Shown here one piece after another: positions 19,610 to 30,136 of a stretch of 64,000 bases of DNA (position 1 is the first letter of the stretch; every line of letters starts with the position of its first letter). The DNA comes from Candidatus Woesearchaeota archaeon (GTDB lineage: Archaea; Nanobdellota; Nanobdellia; Woesearchaeales; JAZDKJ01). The position numbers were made by a program, and so were the translations under genes. The notes beneath the pieces were generated by a model, which did no database searches, was not told the origin of the DNA, and worked only from the letters and a program-made list of their open reading frames with translations. The DNA is taken from NCBI GenBank assembly GCA_043803105.1, contig JAZDKJ010000008.1:106787-170786 (forward strand), in the 5' to 3' direction.

Positions 19610-19883
19610 GAGACTCTGATAATTTAACCAAGGCTTCTATCAAATCCCGAATCCTCTCAGCTGTCTCTTCAAAGGCGCGGCTGCTGTTGAATACCTCCTG
19701 CACAGCTCGGACCTGTGATTATTAAGGGAAAAAGAAAAGATTTATAAATATGTTTTTCCAGAAATACACAAAAAAGAAGAGAAAACTGGTTTTTGATATT
19801 TTCCAGTTTTGTTCTATAGTGATTTCGGAGTAACAAAAAATACACAAAGGCTTAAATATAAGTTTTGCCAAAGGAGACTGCCC

Positions 19884-20384
19884 GTGGCTGTAACAAACGA
19901 CAAGCTGTACAAGACCATATCTGAATTGGTTGGCGAGGATGTGATTCCATTGGTTAAATTCCTAAGGAACAGGAAAAACATCTCGGAATTCAAGATAGCT
20001 GAAAAGATAAACATCGAGGTAAACCAGACCAGGAACATGCTCTACAGGCTGCATGACCACAACTTGGTAACTTACCACAGGAAAAAAGACCGTATCAAGG
20101 GATGGTACATAAGCTACTGGACATTCAACATCAAAAGACTAAAACAGCTGGTGCATAGCCTTCAAAAACAGAAAATAACGCAACTCAAGGACAAACTGAA
20201 GAAAGAGGAAGAGAACCAGAACTCCTATTTCATCTGCCCAAACCTGTGCGTGAGGCTGGACTTTGACCAATCAACAGACTTTGAGTTCAAGTGCCCTGAG
20301 TGCGGATCGCTCCTGGTGCATCAGGACAACACGAAAACAATAATCAACCTTAAGGAAAAAATAAAGGTGCTTGAAGCAGCTTAA
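19884..20384 (+). CDS. tfe: Transcription factor E (TFE alpha)
   Basis: Winged helix RNMLYRL...KGWYISYW plus Zn ribbon FKCPECG; GTG start after AAGGAG. Confidence 0.93.
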   Translation: MAVTNDKLYKTISELVGEDVIPLVKFLRNRKNISEFKIAEKINIEVNQTRNMLYRLHDHNLVTYHRKKDRIKGWYISYWTFNIKRLKQLVHSLQKQKITQLKDKLKKEEENQNSYFICPNLCVRLDFDQSTDFEFKCPECGSLLVHQDNTKTIINLKEKIKVLEAA

Positions 20385-20614
20385 GAAACAAGTTCTTTTC
20401 TGTGCTCCATCTGGACCAATGAAACAAGGGCCCTGACAATGGCAGCAATGCTTAGCAACATAACTGTGATATCCTCTACCTTAACTGGAATTCCAATATT
20501 GAACATTGCCTTGTTGTTGCCCAGATTAAACAAAGCAGATATGAAAATCAGTGCGAAAACAACCAGGATTACCAAAAGCAGATAGATGGTGCGCCTGTGA
20601 TACTTGTGCAGCAT
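20381..20614 (-). CDS. Small membrane protein
   Basis: Two hydrophobic helices. Confidence 0.55.
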   Translation of the reverse strand: MLHKYHRRTIYLLLVILVVFALIFISALFNLGNNKAMFNIGIPVKVEDITVMLLSIAAIVRALVSLVQMEHRKELVS

Positions 20615-20692
20615 TATGGGTGGGGGTCTCTTGAATTATTTAAAGGTAAGCACAAGAAGATATTTAAGGCTCGGACTCATTCTTTGCATGCG

Positions 20693-21736
20693 ATGAACTT
20701 TACAGAATCATTGTCCAGGAATAAGAGAGAGATAGACCATGAGCTGGAAAGATTCTTTGATGCACGGATGAAAAAAGCAAAGGGAATATCGCCTGAAGCA
20801 TACGAGGCGTTCCAAATACTAAAGGAGTTCAACCTCAGGGGAGGCAAGCGTATAAGACCAATGCTAACCATATCCAGCTACAGAGGATTTGGCGGAAAGA
20901 ACAAGGAGATAACAAGGGCTGCGCTTGCGGTTGAGTTGATGGAGTCATTCCTTCTAATACACGATGACATCATGGACAAGGACGCGATGCGAAGGGGCGG
21001 GCCAACTGTGCACAAAATCTATGAGACAAAATTCAAGGGTGCAGAGCATTATGGCAACTCGCTAGCCATAGTGGTGGGAGATATAGCATCTGCATTAGGA
21101 AGCGAGGCAATTGCGGAAACTGGGTTTGACGCAAGACGCAGGATTGAGGCAATAGAGAAATTCAACAAGGTAATAATCAACACATGCTTTGGCCAGATAC
21201 TGGACCTAAAGTCAGAGATGTGCTATCCGAAGGAAAGAGACATTGTGCAGATACATACGCTGAAGACTGCAATCTACACAATAGAAGGGCCGCTTCACAT
21301 AGGAGCAATCCTTGCAGGGGCAAGCAGGGAACAGCTCAGGCAACTGACCAGGTTTGCAATACCGCTTGGAAAGGCATTCCAGCTAAAGGATGACATACTT
21401 GGGGTTTTTGGGAGCGCAAAGAGGATAGGAAAGCCTGTTGGAAGCGACATAAGGCAAGGGAAGAGGACTTTGTTAATACTTAAGGCAATGGAAAAAGGCA
21501 ACGAAGAAGACAGAAAGTTACTGAAAAGATGCCTTGGAAAAAAATCGCTAAGCTCAAGGGAGATAAACAAAGTAAGGATAATTTTACGGTCCACAGGGTC
21601 ACTGCAATACTCTGAACAGTTGGTGAAGGAGAATATATCACTGGCAAAATCTGCACTCAACGAGATAAGAATGGAGAAAGAGAGCAAGGAGTTCTTGAAA
21701 GGAATAGCTGATTATGTGATGGAGAGAGACAAGTGA
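20693..21736 (+). CDS. Trans-polyprenyl diphosphate synthase (IdsA/GGPPS family)
   Basis: GGKRIRP, HDDIMD..RRG, FQLKDDILG. Confidence 0.93.
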   Translation: MNFTESLSRNKREIDHELERFFDARMKKAKGISPEAYEAFQILKEFNLRGGKRIRPMLTISSYRGFGGKNKEITRAALAVELMESFLLIHDDIMDKDAMRRGGPTVHKIYETKFKGAEHYGNSLAIVVGDIASALGSEAIAETGFDARRRIEAIEKFNKVIINTCFGQILDLKSEMCYPKERDIVQIHTLKTAIYTIEGPLHIGAILAGASREQLRQLTRFAIPLGKAFQLKDDILGVFGSAKRIGKPVGSDIRQGKRTLLILKAMEKGNEEDRKLLKRCLGKKSLSSREINKVRIILRSTGSLQYSEQLVKENISLAKSALNEIRMEKESKEFLKGIADYVMERDK

Positions 21737-22566
21737 TAATTGTTGCAAAACACGCCGGCTTCTGTTCAGGAGTCAAAAGAGCAGTAAGCACAGCATTTTC
21801 TGTAGCGGACCATAATAAAGAGAGCAGGATATTCACGTATGGAGAGCTCATCCACAATCCGCAGGTGCTAAAGCAGCTAAAAGACAAGAAAGTCAAGATT
21901 ACAAAAAGCCTAACTGGGTTAAAAAAAGGTGATATCCTAATAATCAGGTCACACGGGGCAAGCCCTGAAGTGTACAGGAAAGCGAGAGAAAAAGGGCTTA
22001 GGGTTATCGATGCAACATGCCCCTTTGTCAAGGTGGCACATGAAAAGATACAAATGCTTGAGAAAGAGGGATTTCTGCCATTAATTGTTGGAGAGGCAAA
22101 GCACCCGGAAGTGATGGCTTTAAGAAAATTTGTGAGAAAGGCAATAGTTGTGGCTGACGCAAGCAAGGTACCTCTAAGCATCAAAGGTAAGAGAATAGGG
22201 GTTATTTCGCAGACAACTCAACCAGTAGAGAATTTCAATACAGTGACTGAAGAAGCAAGAAAGCTTGCCAAGGAAATCAAAGTCTTCAACACAATATGCA
22301 GCGCAACAACAATAAGGCAGGAAGAGGCAAAAAGGCTTGCAGGAAAGGTAGACATCATGATTGTTGTGGGAGGATATTCAAGCGCAAACACAAAGAAGCT
22401 TGCTGAGCTGTGCAGCAGGATAGTTGAAACACATCAGATAGAAACAGCAGAAGAACTCAAGATTAGCTGGCTCAAAGGAAAAAAGAGAATAGGAATAACA
22501 GCAGGGGCTTCAACTCCAAGCGAAGCAATACAGGATGTTGAAAGTGCAATCAGGAGTTCTGCTTAA
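21733..22566 (+). CDS. ispH: 4-hydroxy-3-methylbut-2-enyl diphosphate reductase
   Basis: GFCSGV, DATCPFV, HPEV, SQTT, NTICSAT, SSANT, TAGASTP. Confidence 0.96.
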   Translation: MIIVAKHAGFCSGVKRAVSTAFSVADHNKESRIFTYGELIHNPQVLKQLKDKKVKITKSLTGLKKGDILIIRSHGASPEVYRKAREKGLRVIDATCPFVKVAHEKIQMLEKEGFLPLIVGEAKHPEVMALRKFVRKAIVVADASKVPLSIKGKRIGVISQTTQPVENFNTVTEEARKLAKEIKVFNTICSATTIRQEEAKRLAGKVDIMIVVGGYSSANTKKLAELCSRIVETHQIETAEELKISWLKGKKRIGITAGASTPSEAIQDVESAIRSSA

Positions 22567-22567
22567 G

Positions 22568-22846
22568 CTACTTCTCTACGGATAATTGGTATGTTTTCTC
22601 GATGCCTGCCATATAACGTTCTCCTACTGCTATGAGATCGTTCAAGCATTGATTGCCTGGAGCCTGTAGTTCCAGATATTTTGTTAATGCTTCTGACTCA
22701 GGCATTGTCGATGCTACTCGCTCCACAGTTACCTTACTTGCCTTCAGCAAAGCCATGTGTTGCTTGGCTAATTCCATCAATTGTTCAAATTCCATTGAAA
22801 ACACCTCAGGAATTACAGTGTTTCTGAGGAATAAAATAGTTGACAA
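22568..22846 (-). CDS. Hypothetical protein
   Basis: Short helical ORF; real start probably at MEFEQ. Confidence 0.45.
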   Translation of the reverse strand: MSTILFLRNTVIPEVFSMEFEQLMELAKQHMALLKASKVTVERVASTMPESEALTKYLELQAPGNQCLNDLIAVGERYMAGIEKTYQLSVEK

Positions 22847-22885
22847 AGAAAAACTGAAGGTTTTACGAGTTAGCTGAAAATATTC

Positions 22886-23242
22886 TCAAGACTTAGACAA
22901 TGTCAGCTGTTCCATCTGTTTCTTTGCAGCTTCTACTGCAGGACCATAAGGAACTACTGTAGGGTCTTTCTTGTGCTGTTCATACAACTTAACCACTTGA
23001 TAAACAAAGCCTTTGAGCTCAGCAATCTTCACTTTTCCTATAGCGTCGGTAAGTTTATTGAGATTCATTTCCATGCTCGTTATAACATCATCTACACTAG
23101 AAACTTCATTGCATGTATTGTCGGATTTTGACCTCTCGTTTGCTTCTATTTCCCTTGCTTTATCAAGATAACACTTGACAGCGTTGTGAGTAACCTTTGT
23201 ACGGTCGAGCAAAGCTTTTATCTTGTCAGCAGTTTCATACAT
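22886..23242 (-). CDS. Hypothetical coiled-coil protein
   Basis: 118 aa with GGAGG SD upstream. Confidence 0.6.
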   Translation of the reverse strand: MYETADKIKALLDRTKVTHNAVKCYLDKAREIEANERSKSDNTCNEVSSVDDVITSMEMNLNKLTDAIGKVKIAELKGFVYQVVKLYEQHKKDPTVVPYGPAVEAAKKQMEQLTLSKS

Positions 23243-23365
23243 TGTTATTCGCCTCCGAAATATGTTACTATGTAGTAGTAACGCTAGTATTTAAGGCTTT
23301 CTATTGATTTTCTGAAAGATTTTCAGGCTTAAAAAGATGACTTTTGAATACAGAATCAAGAATGG

Positions 23366-24067
23366 CTATTTACCAAAACGCCTGTCTCTTTGCTTGTACT
23401 CTTCAATAACCTTAATCAGGTCTTCCTTCTCAAACTCAGGCCACATCTTCTCAAGAAAGAACCATTCTGAATAGCTTGCCTGCCAGATAAGAAAGTTAGA
23501 TGTGCGTTTTTCCCCTCCTGTGCGGATTATTAGGTCAGGCTCGTCAGGTGTGTAAAGATTTTCCTTGAAGGTCTCCTCGTTAATAGCATCAACGTCAAGC
23601 TTTCCAGACTTTATCTGCTCTGCAATCTTCTTGACAGCATCAATAACCTCTGAACGGCCACCATAACCCATTGCAAAATTGATTATGGAACCATCATAGC
23701 CTTTGGTCTGTTGCATGAGTGAATGCATCTGTTCCTGTATGTCTTGCGGGAACATGTTAAGCCTGCCTATGAAATTGATCCTTATCATGTTCTTATGCAG
23801 CCTCTCATCATCCTTTATGCGATCGAACTCTGAGCGAAAAAGGTTCATCAGGTAATCAAACTCCTCTTTAGGCCGGCTGAAATTCTCAACAGAGAAGGTG
23901 TACAAAGTGAGCTCTTTGATGCCCAGGTCTGCACACCAATCAAGCAGCTTCTCCACTTTCTGTGCTCCCCATTCATGGCCTTTCCAGGGCTTCATCATCA
24001 GGCGCCTTGAAAAGCGCCTGTTGCCGTCAAGGATTATCGCAATGTGCTTTGGTACTTTGGATGTCAT
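23366..24067 (-). CDS. uppS: Cis-prenyltransferase (undecaprenyl diphosphate synthase family)
   Basis: HIAIILDGNRR, FSVENFSR, IRTGGEKRTSNFL. Confidence 0.95.
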   Translation of the reverse strand: MTSKVPKHIAIILDGNRRFSRRLMMKPWKGHEWGAQKVEKLLDWCADLGIKELTLYTFSVENFSRPKEEFDYLMNLFRSEFDRIKDDERLHKNMIRINFIGRLNMFPQDIQEQMHSLMQQTKGYDGSIINFAMGYGGRSEVIDAVKKIAEQIKSGKLDVDAINEETFKENLYTPDEPDLIIRTGGEKRTSNFLIWQASYSEWFFLEKMWPEFEKEDLIKVIEEYKQRDRRFGK

Positions 24068-24113
24068 TCTAACAAGGTTAGTGATAAGTAAATGGTTTAA
24101 AAACTTTACGGAA

Positions 24114-25283
24114 TCACGGCTTAGAAAATTCTTGGTCAATTACGCAGCATTCGTTCTCAAGGGTTGCAAGGAGCTGTTTCCTTAAATTCGCGGCAAGAGC
24201 TTCAGGTGGAATAACACCAGGCTCCTTAACCTTGGGAATAATCCCTGCAAAGGCTGCTGCTGCCAAGCCAGTCGGATATGATATATAGGTTGCACCTGGA
24301 AATTTTTTTGATATAAACTTCAGGTCTGGGAACTTTGCCACAACCTTGACTTTAATTGGTTTTCCTGAATCTTTTCCAACTATTTCCATAACGCATAGGT
24401 AGACACCGTTCTCAACAAGGCCTTTTTTCATAAGTGAAAGCATTTCTTTTGGGGTTGGAACAGGTGGTATAATCTTTGAAAAGAAGTCCAGAGGGACAAT
24501 CTTCTTGCCATTGACAGACACAGGCTTTTCGCTGAACAAACCGCACCTGAAGAAGGTGTTGGCAGTGTCTATGTCAGTTCCTGATGCCTTAAAGCTACAG
24601 TGCTTAAGCTTAATGTACCTGGGAATGGTGCAGACCTCATCACCATAAAGAAGAAAGGCAAACCTGCTGCAGTAAGGTGCAGGATAACAATATTCTTCAG
24701 GATCATCAAAGGTTTTTTTGTACAAATATTTTCCGTTGCCGTAAATAGGCGGATTGTCAGTGAGGGTGTCAAAGGCTGCTTCCTTGGACCAGGCAGAAAC
24801 CAGCACTGCTGCCTGCTGGTCTTCAAAAGAGTAGAATTTTACAGAATCCACAGAATCAAGCCTGTCAGCCACGTCTTTGACGAGAAGGTTTGTTATCCCT
24901 GGCGCAATACCTGTGCAAAACAGCCCAACCAGACCTTGCTTTCTAAAGGCCTTATCGTACTTCAACTGTTCAGGTGGGTTATGCATCAAGGCTAAATCCT
25001 GATAGTTGGCATTTGCCTTCAAAGCAGCCTGCATAAGAGAATCGTTAAAGAAATTACAGCATGCATTGATAATCAGGTCATAACCCTTGGCAAGCTTGGC
25101 AATCTGATTAGTGTTGGCAGCGTCTGCAGTCACAAGATGAATCTTATTGTGCGGGGCTATAAACTGCCTGTCCCTCTTAATATTGTTCGAGGCAATCTTA
25201 ATCTCTGAAACATGTGAGTCATGCGCAAGAAGCTTTGACATGACAGAGGAGACACCACCCATGCCGACGATAAATATCTTCAT
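24114..25283 (-). CDS. Saccharopine dehydrogenase / carboxynorspermidine dehydrogenase family protein
   Basis: GMGGV Rossmann, NYQDLA, GIAPGITN, PGVIPPE. Confidence 0.8.
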   Translation of the reverse strand: MKIFIVGMGGVSSVMSKLLAHDSHVSEIKIASNNIKRDRQFIAPHNKIHLVTADAANTNQIAKLAKGYDLIINACCNFFNDSLMQAALKANANYQDLALMHNPPEQLKYDKAFRKQGLVGLFCTGIAPGITNLLVKDVADRLDSVDSVKFYSFEDQQAAVLVSAWSKEAAFDTLTDNPPIYGNGKYLYKKTFDDPEEYCYPAPYCSRFAFLLYGDEVCTIPRYIKLKHCSFKASGTDIDTANTFFRCGLFSEKPVSVNGKKIVPLDFFSKIIPPVPTPKEMLSLMKKGLVENGVYLCVMEIVGKDSGKPIKVKVVAKFPDLKFISKKFPGATYISYPTGLAAAAFAGIIPKVKEPGVIPPEALAANLRKQLLATLENECCVIDQEFSKP

Positions 25284-25371
25284 CTGTAAGATGGCTCAAA
25301 AATCCTACTATAAATAGGTTTCGTCGGTGAGAATCGCAAAATATAAGAGGAGGAACCAGTTAGGTCTTGTC

Positions 25372-25815
25372 ATGAAGCAAAAAAACTACTATATCATAAT
25401 GGCTTCGATAGCGCTAATTGCAGTCATAGTTTCAATCACAGCAGAAATAGAGCACGTTACACAGCAAAGTTCTCTGCAAGGCTTCTGCAACGCTTTTGGG
25501 AAGAGCAGCTGCCAGACAGTCCAAGACAGTGTCTACGGAAAAATCTTTGGGATGGACACAGCGATTTATGGAATAGTTGGCTTTAGTTTGCTCTTGATTG
25601 TGTCAGCATTGTTCTATTTTACAAAGAAGAAGCTTTTCCAAAACCTAACGATTATAGGCACTTTGATCGGAGGATTAATGGCACTTCGCTTCCTGTATCT
25701 GCAGGCATTTGTGCTGCACCTTTTCTGCATCTTCTGCGTTGTTGTTGACACGCTCGGAGTCATACTGCTAGGAATAGGAATATTCCTAGCAGCAAAGACT
25801 ATGAAAAAACGCTGA
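25372..25815 (+). CDS. Vitamin K epoxide reductase (VKOR) family protein
   Basis: C..(6)..C..V..S.YGKIFG loop and CIFC redox motif in a membrane protein. Confidence 0.9.
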   Translation: MKQKNYYIIMASIALIAVIVSITAEIEHVTQQSSLQGFCNAFGKSSCQTVQDSVYGKIFGMDTAIYGIVGFSLLLIVSALFYFTKKKLFQNLTIIGTLIGGLMALRFLYLQAFVLHLFCIFCVVVDTLGVILLGIGIFLAAKTMKKR

Positions 25816-25871
25816 TGCAATCTCTCAAACAGAAACAAATATAAATCAAATACTAACTTGTTCTCGGTAAT

Positions 25872-26127
25872 GCCCCGTTGGTGTAGTCCGGTGACGGTCT
25901 TGTCCGTCAACACCGAAGGCGGCTCCTAGTGACTTCGTCACCGGAGCCCCCTGTGTTATTGGCGGCACGTCAGGACAATCAATCATCCGGCACTTTCGAT
26001 GCCGGGACTCGGGTTCAAAGAGCTTTTTTCCATGGGAAAAAACCTCGGAAAAGGCTTTTTGGCTTCGCCAAAAAGTTTGTTTCAAGGAGTTCAATTGTGG
26101 AAAAACTAGAAAATCCCGAACGGGGCA
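25872..26127 (+). tRNA. tRNA-Glu(TTC) with D-loop intron (~25892-25978) and T-loop intron (26020-26113)
   Basis: Exons near-identical to tRNA-Glu(CTC); CGGCA-CT TTC GA-TGCCG; BHB helix GTCC/GGAC. Confidence 0.92.
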
Positions 26128-26226
26128 TTTTTTCTCCATTGGTGTCTACAAATAAATTATCGTTTGAATCAAAAAATGACAAGAAGGTCCGCACATGGTT
26201 TTCAATGGTTCACTACAAAATTCAAA

Positions 26227-27207
26227 CTATTTTTTCAAGAACTCATGAGACTTAATTCCCTTAAATTTGGACAGGTAGCCACGAAAGTCACCAGGTATTT
26301 TTGTTGAGTCATCATAAGTGTACATTTTGACCTTTAACGCTTCAAAAGAGCATTCTGCTATTCGTGCACCATCAAGATTCAAAACGTCTCTTATATGTGA
26401 ATCGGTTAAATTGAGCCTATGGATTCTGGCGTCACCCAAGTCGAGGTGTTTGGTTCTTAGCCCTTTCATATTCAATTCTACACATGTAATATCCGAAAAA
26501 TCTGCATTTTCCTTTATTACCATGTTCTGCATGTAGGCAGTCCCACCTATTTTCATGAGCTGGCAAAAGGCACTGCCAATTCTGGCGCCAGTCATGTATG
26601 CGTTACCTTTGATACGAATACCGTATAGGCAAAGTTCATTTTCAACCTTGGCTTTCGAGGCAATAAGATCTCCTTTTAATTTGCAATCTGACAAGTCAAG
26701 CCCATAGGGTGAATAGGACGGTAATTCATAATCATCAAGTAGTTTGTGCCTTGGATTTACAATATTAATCTTGGGAAGTTTCGGGTTGTTCCTCCTGAAG
26801 CGCTGCAACTTGGGAACATAAGTATCTATTTTCACATGCATTTGATCAAAATTAATCACACTGAAATCATATTCTTCTGTCCCAATACTTCTCTCATATT
26901 TTAGGTCATACCTCTGCTTGCCTTCAACCAGAAGGGCTTCTGATGAGATAAGCTTACCATCCAGGTCGAAGGAATCCCAAACTGTAATGTGATGCCCAGC
27001 CTTAACCTGGTCCCCCTGGATAATATGACCGCTTGTTTCTAGAAGCGAATCATCGAAAATGCGTGCCTCAATAGACTCTATAGCTTCTGGACGCAGGTTT
27101 TGCGGGCTGCCAATTATGTCAAAGAGTCTTTTATCCCTATGCGAAAAGGAGCGCCGCTTAAATATTGATTTGAAGCCTTCCTTTGACAATTTGTTGTACA
27201 TAGCCAA
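26227..27207 (-). CDS. Hypothetical protein with C-terminal pentapeptide-like repeats
   Basis: Recurrent LxLxxAxI/ADFSDI ~10-aa periodic units. Confidence 0.65.
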   Translation of the reverse strand: MAMYNKLSKEGFKSIFKRRSFSHRDKRLFDIIGSPQNLRPEAIESIEARIFDDSLLETSGHIIQGDQVKAGHHITVWDSFDLDGKLISSEALLVEGKQRYDLKYERSIGTEEYDFSVINFDQMHVKIDTYVPKLQRFRRNNPKLPKINIVNPRHKLLDDYELPSYSPYGLDLSDCKLKGDLIASKAKVENELCLYGIRIKGNAYMTGARIGSAFCQLMKIGGTAYMQNMVIKENADFSDITCVELNMKGLRTKHLDLGDARIHRLNLTDSHIRDVLNLDGARIAECSFEALKVKMYTYDDSTKIPGDFRGYLSKFKGIKSHEFLKK

Positions 27208-27258
27208 AGTGAATACATAAAGAACATAAAAAGGTTTCCGGTATGAAGCAAACTACTC

Positions 27259-27307
27259 TAATGCCCTAAATCTTCACAAAAAGGTCTTATGACCGAACGG
27301 GGCACTT
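27259..27307 (+). repeat. 49-bp cassette-boundary repeat, copy 1
   Basis: TAATGCCCTAAATCTTCACAAAAAGGTCTTATGACCGAACGGGGCACTT; 45/49 identical to 30137-30185. Confidence 0.92.
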
Positions 27308-27870
27308 CACATCTCTTCCAGAATGTTCTTTTTGTGAAATGCAACCTTATTTGCCTTGAGGATCTCTTCAAAACTCAGTGAATTCTGAATAGGAATTTTT
27401 GCTGCTCCACTGCTGATACGCTCACCACCTATTTCCTTTAGGACTCCGTTAGATCCCCTCCCTGCGAGGATGTAGTTGAACCGGATCTTTTCGGAGTGTG
27501 TCAGGCCGTTGAGGCTCCACGAGAACAGGGTGTAGGATTTGAACCCCAGATTCTCGCAAAAGTGCTTTCCGCTCAGCACACTGATCCCTTCGAGGAACAA
27601 TCCTGTTCTTGCGAAGAAACCTGGTGAAAAAAGCTCTTTCAGCAATATCTGTTTTACGTCTAGATTTTGATGGAGAATTTTTTTCAGACCTATTTTGATA
27701 TTTTGGGCCTTGTCGAGCCTCTCGCGGAGCGACCCTTCAAGGAATATGACCAACACATCGATGTCCCCCGGAGACAGCTTCCCCTTTACCGATGACCCAT
27801 ACAGGACAATGTCAAATACGCCTGTGGGACCTATTTCAGACTCTAAGTGCTTTCTTAAGATGTTCAGCAT
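27307..27870 (-). CDS. Nucleotidyltransferase (MNT) domain protein
   Basis: LYGSSVKG....GDIDVLV. Confidence 0.88.
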   Translation of the reverse strand: MLNILRKHLESEIGPTGVFDIVLYGSSVKGKLSPGDIDVLVIFLEGSLRERLDKAQNIKIGLKKILHQNLDVKQILLKELFSPGFFARTGLFLEGISVLSGKHFCENLGFKSYTLFSWSLNGLTHSEKIRFNYILAGRGSNGVLKEIGGERISSGAAKIPIQNSLSFEEILKANKVAFHKKNILEEM

Positions 27871-28174
27871 CTTCCTTCAGTAGTTCTGCAGATTCCTTGT
27901 CCATCCTTTTTGTATAGCTTTCTTGATAGTATGGGAAATCGCGGTCAGCAATCCTGTACATCTCAGGATATTTTTCTTCCAGGACTCTGAAACGGTTGGA
28001 GTGCGAGGAGGGGGCTTCTCCCTCTTTTCTCAGAAGGAAGAGGTCGCAGAGTGCCGCGATAGCTTTGAAAAAGAGTGTTGTCGCTGAGTTGTATTTTTGC
28101 TTCTTGAAGGCATCAAGCCCGAATTCGTAATATTCCCTGAAATTCTCAATGAGAATTTTCTCCTTTTCCTCCAT
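27836..28174 (-). CDS. HEPN-domain protein (HEPN-MNT module)
   Basis: Helical, YNSATTLFFKA...PSSHSNRF; overlaps the MNT gene. Confidence 0.7.
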   Translation of the reverse strand: MEEKEKILIENFREYYEFGLDAFKKQKYNSATTLFFKAIAALCDLFLLRKEGEAPSSHSNRFRVLEEKYPEMYRIADRDFPYYQESYTKRMDKESAELLKEDAEHLKKALRV

Positions 28175-28298
28175 TTTGTATAATACAACAGTAGACAACT
28201 ATTTAAGCCTTTTGGTTGTACTATACAATTTGTTGTATTATACAATTAATAAGTGCAAGAATCGATTTTATGTTGTATCATATAACATCTGTCCACAT

Positions 28299-28345
28299 CA
28301 ATGTGTGAATTTTCACAAAAAGACGTAATACCTAACTGGGCAATT
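28299..28345 (+). repeat. Degenerate cassette-boundary repeat
   Basis: CAATGTGTGAATTTTCACAAAAAGACGTAATACCTAACTGGGCAATT keeps AATG, TTCACAAAAAG and ACCnAACnGGGCA. Confidence 0.7.
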
Positions 28346-28527
28346 TTTTTGTCTCTTAAAAGTAGTTATAAAATGAAAGATTTTTATATTAGAGCGTCTT
28401 ATGAGATAACTAGAACCACTAGTGTGGAAATAAGGCATATAAACTGGAAAAAGAGTTCAGGTAGCTTTTGACAAAAATCCATTTATATATAAATGTTGTA
28501 AATAATAGGCGATAGGAAGGACAAAGA

Positions 28528-29928
28528 ATGAACACACAATATATTAATCAACATACAAACAGTAACCAAAAAATTGATAACAAAGAGGAATTTGAAATTT
28601 TGCTGATTGATCCAGGAATTCAACTCAAAACGAGATCTAATGTAAAATATGTTAATAGGGGACTACTAAGTATAGCTACTTTTTTGAGAAGCAAGGGATT
28701 TAGAACAAATTATTTTTCACTTGATTATTATATTAACGCGGGAATGAATGAGGAGCAGGTTTTTTCTGAAATAGAAAAAATCATTAAGGAAAAAGATGTA
28801 AAAATATCGGCTATAAGCAATCTCTTTATAGCTGAAACTGACAATGTTCTAAGAATCGCCAAATTTATTAAAGAAAGATTTCCAGAGAATATCACTGTAA
28901 TCGGCGGATATAATCCTACTATTACAAATCAGGAATTAATAAAAAGAGAGGAAATAGATTTTATTATAAGGGGCGAGGGAGAATGGGCGTTGCTTGACCT
29001 AGTATCTGCAATAAAGAATGGAGTGTCAACCAAAGACATTGCCGGATTAGTAACAAAGGAGCATATTGGGGCCGAAAGAAAACACGGCGACCTTAGAGAG
29101 CTTCCACCTATTGATTACTCAATTTTACCGAGAGCATACTTACTAAGCGATAATCCACCGCGCGTAAATCTTGAAATAAGTCGCGGATGTTATCATAACT
29201 GTACCTTTTGCAGCGTGAGTCAATTTTGGCACGAGACGATACGCTCTCACAACCCGGACAAGTTAATTCATGAATTTGAGGAACTCAAAAAAATAGGTTA
29301 TAAGGGGTCAATAAGTCTTGAAGAGTCTATGGTAAATCTTAAATCAGAGAAGATAAAAGAGTTTCTCAGTAATGCGAAGAGATTCAAAGACGAATTTGAA
29401 TTTGATTTTATTGCTTCGAGATATGACTTTGTTGATGACGAAAGCATAAGTCTTTTGGATGAGATTGGTTTTCAAAACTTGATGCTGGGTCTTGAATCAG
29501 CCTCTAAGAAAGTTTTAGACAAAATAAACAAACATATAGACTTAGAAGCGTTCATAGAGACTTGCAAGATCGTTAAACAACATAAAATAAGATTGAATGT
29601 CTATATGATAGTGGGACTCCCAGGTGAAACAAAAGAAACGAACAAAGAAACCTACGAGTTTCTGACTAAGATGATGAATGAAGAACTAATAGACACTGTT
29701 TTCCCATGCTATTTTCAACCTTACCATGGCACCAGAGCAAGGGAAGATATAAAAGAGTTTGGAGGAAAAATCTTGGCTGATGAAAAAGACTATTTCAAGT
29801 GGTTAATGCGTGATGAACCATTGGTAGAGTATGAAGGATTAAATAAGAAAGAGTTAAAGGAAATGATGAACAAGATGTTGTATCTTAACAAAGAAGTGAA
29901 AAATCCAGTTATTGATAAATTAATGTAG
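28528..29928 (+). CDS. B12-binding radical SAM protein
   Basis: GLLSIA, IIRGEGE, SRGCYHNCTFC, LGLES, IVGLPGET; visibly AT-rich. Confidence 0.9.
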   Translation: MNTQYINQHTNSNQKIDNKEEFEILLIDPGIQLKTRSNVKYVNRGLLSIATFLRSKGFRTNYFSLDYYINAGMNEEQVFSEIEKIIKEKDVKISAISNLFIAETDNVLRIAKFIKERFPENITVIGGYNPTITNQELIKREEIDFIIRGEGEWALLDLVSAIKNGVSTKDIAGLVTKEHIGAERKHGDLRELPPIDYSILPRAYLLSDNPPRVNLEISRGCYHNCTFCSVSQFWHETIRSHNPDKLIHEFEELKKIGYKGSISLEESMVNLKSEKIKEFLSNAKRFKDEFEFDFIASRYDFVDDESISLLDEIGFQNLMLGLESASKKVLDKINKHIDLEAFIETCKIVKQHKIRLNVYMIVGLPGETKETNKETYEFLTKMMNEELIDTVFPCYFQPYHGTRAREDIKEFGGKILADEKDYFKWLMRDEPLVEYEGLNKKELKEMMNKMLYLNKEVKNPVIDKLM

Positions 29929-30136
29929 GAAAACAATCTAATGCTCAAAATTCAAAAACTACAATCGAGTTATGGAAATCCTCTACGGGATTGATATTGA
30001 AATAGGAACTATCAAAGCGATTGTTAACCCCAATGGGAGCGGTAATTCCACAATTCTTAGGAGTGGTGCATGAAAGAAAGAGTCCTTGTAGAACCTTAAA
30101 AAGATTTCAATTCCCAACTTGTTTTTATGGTTACAA

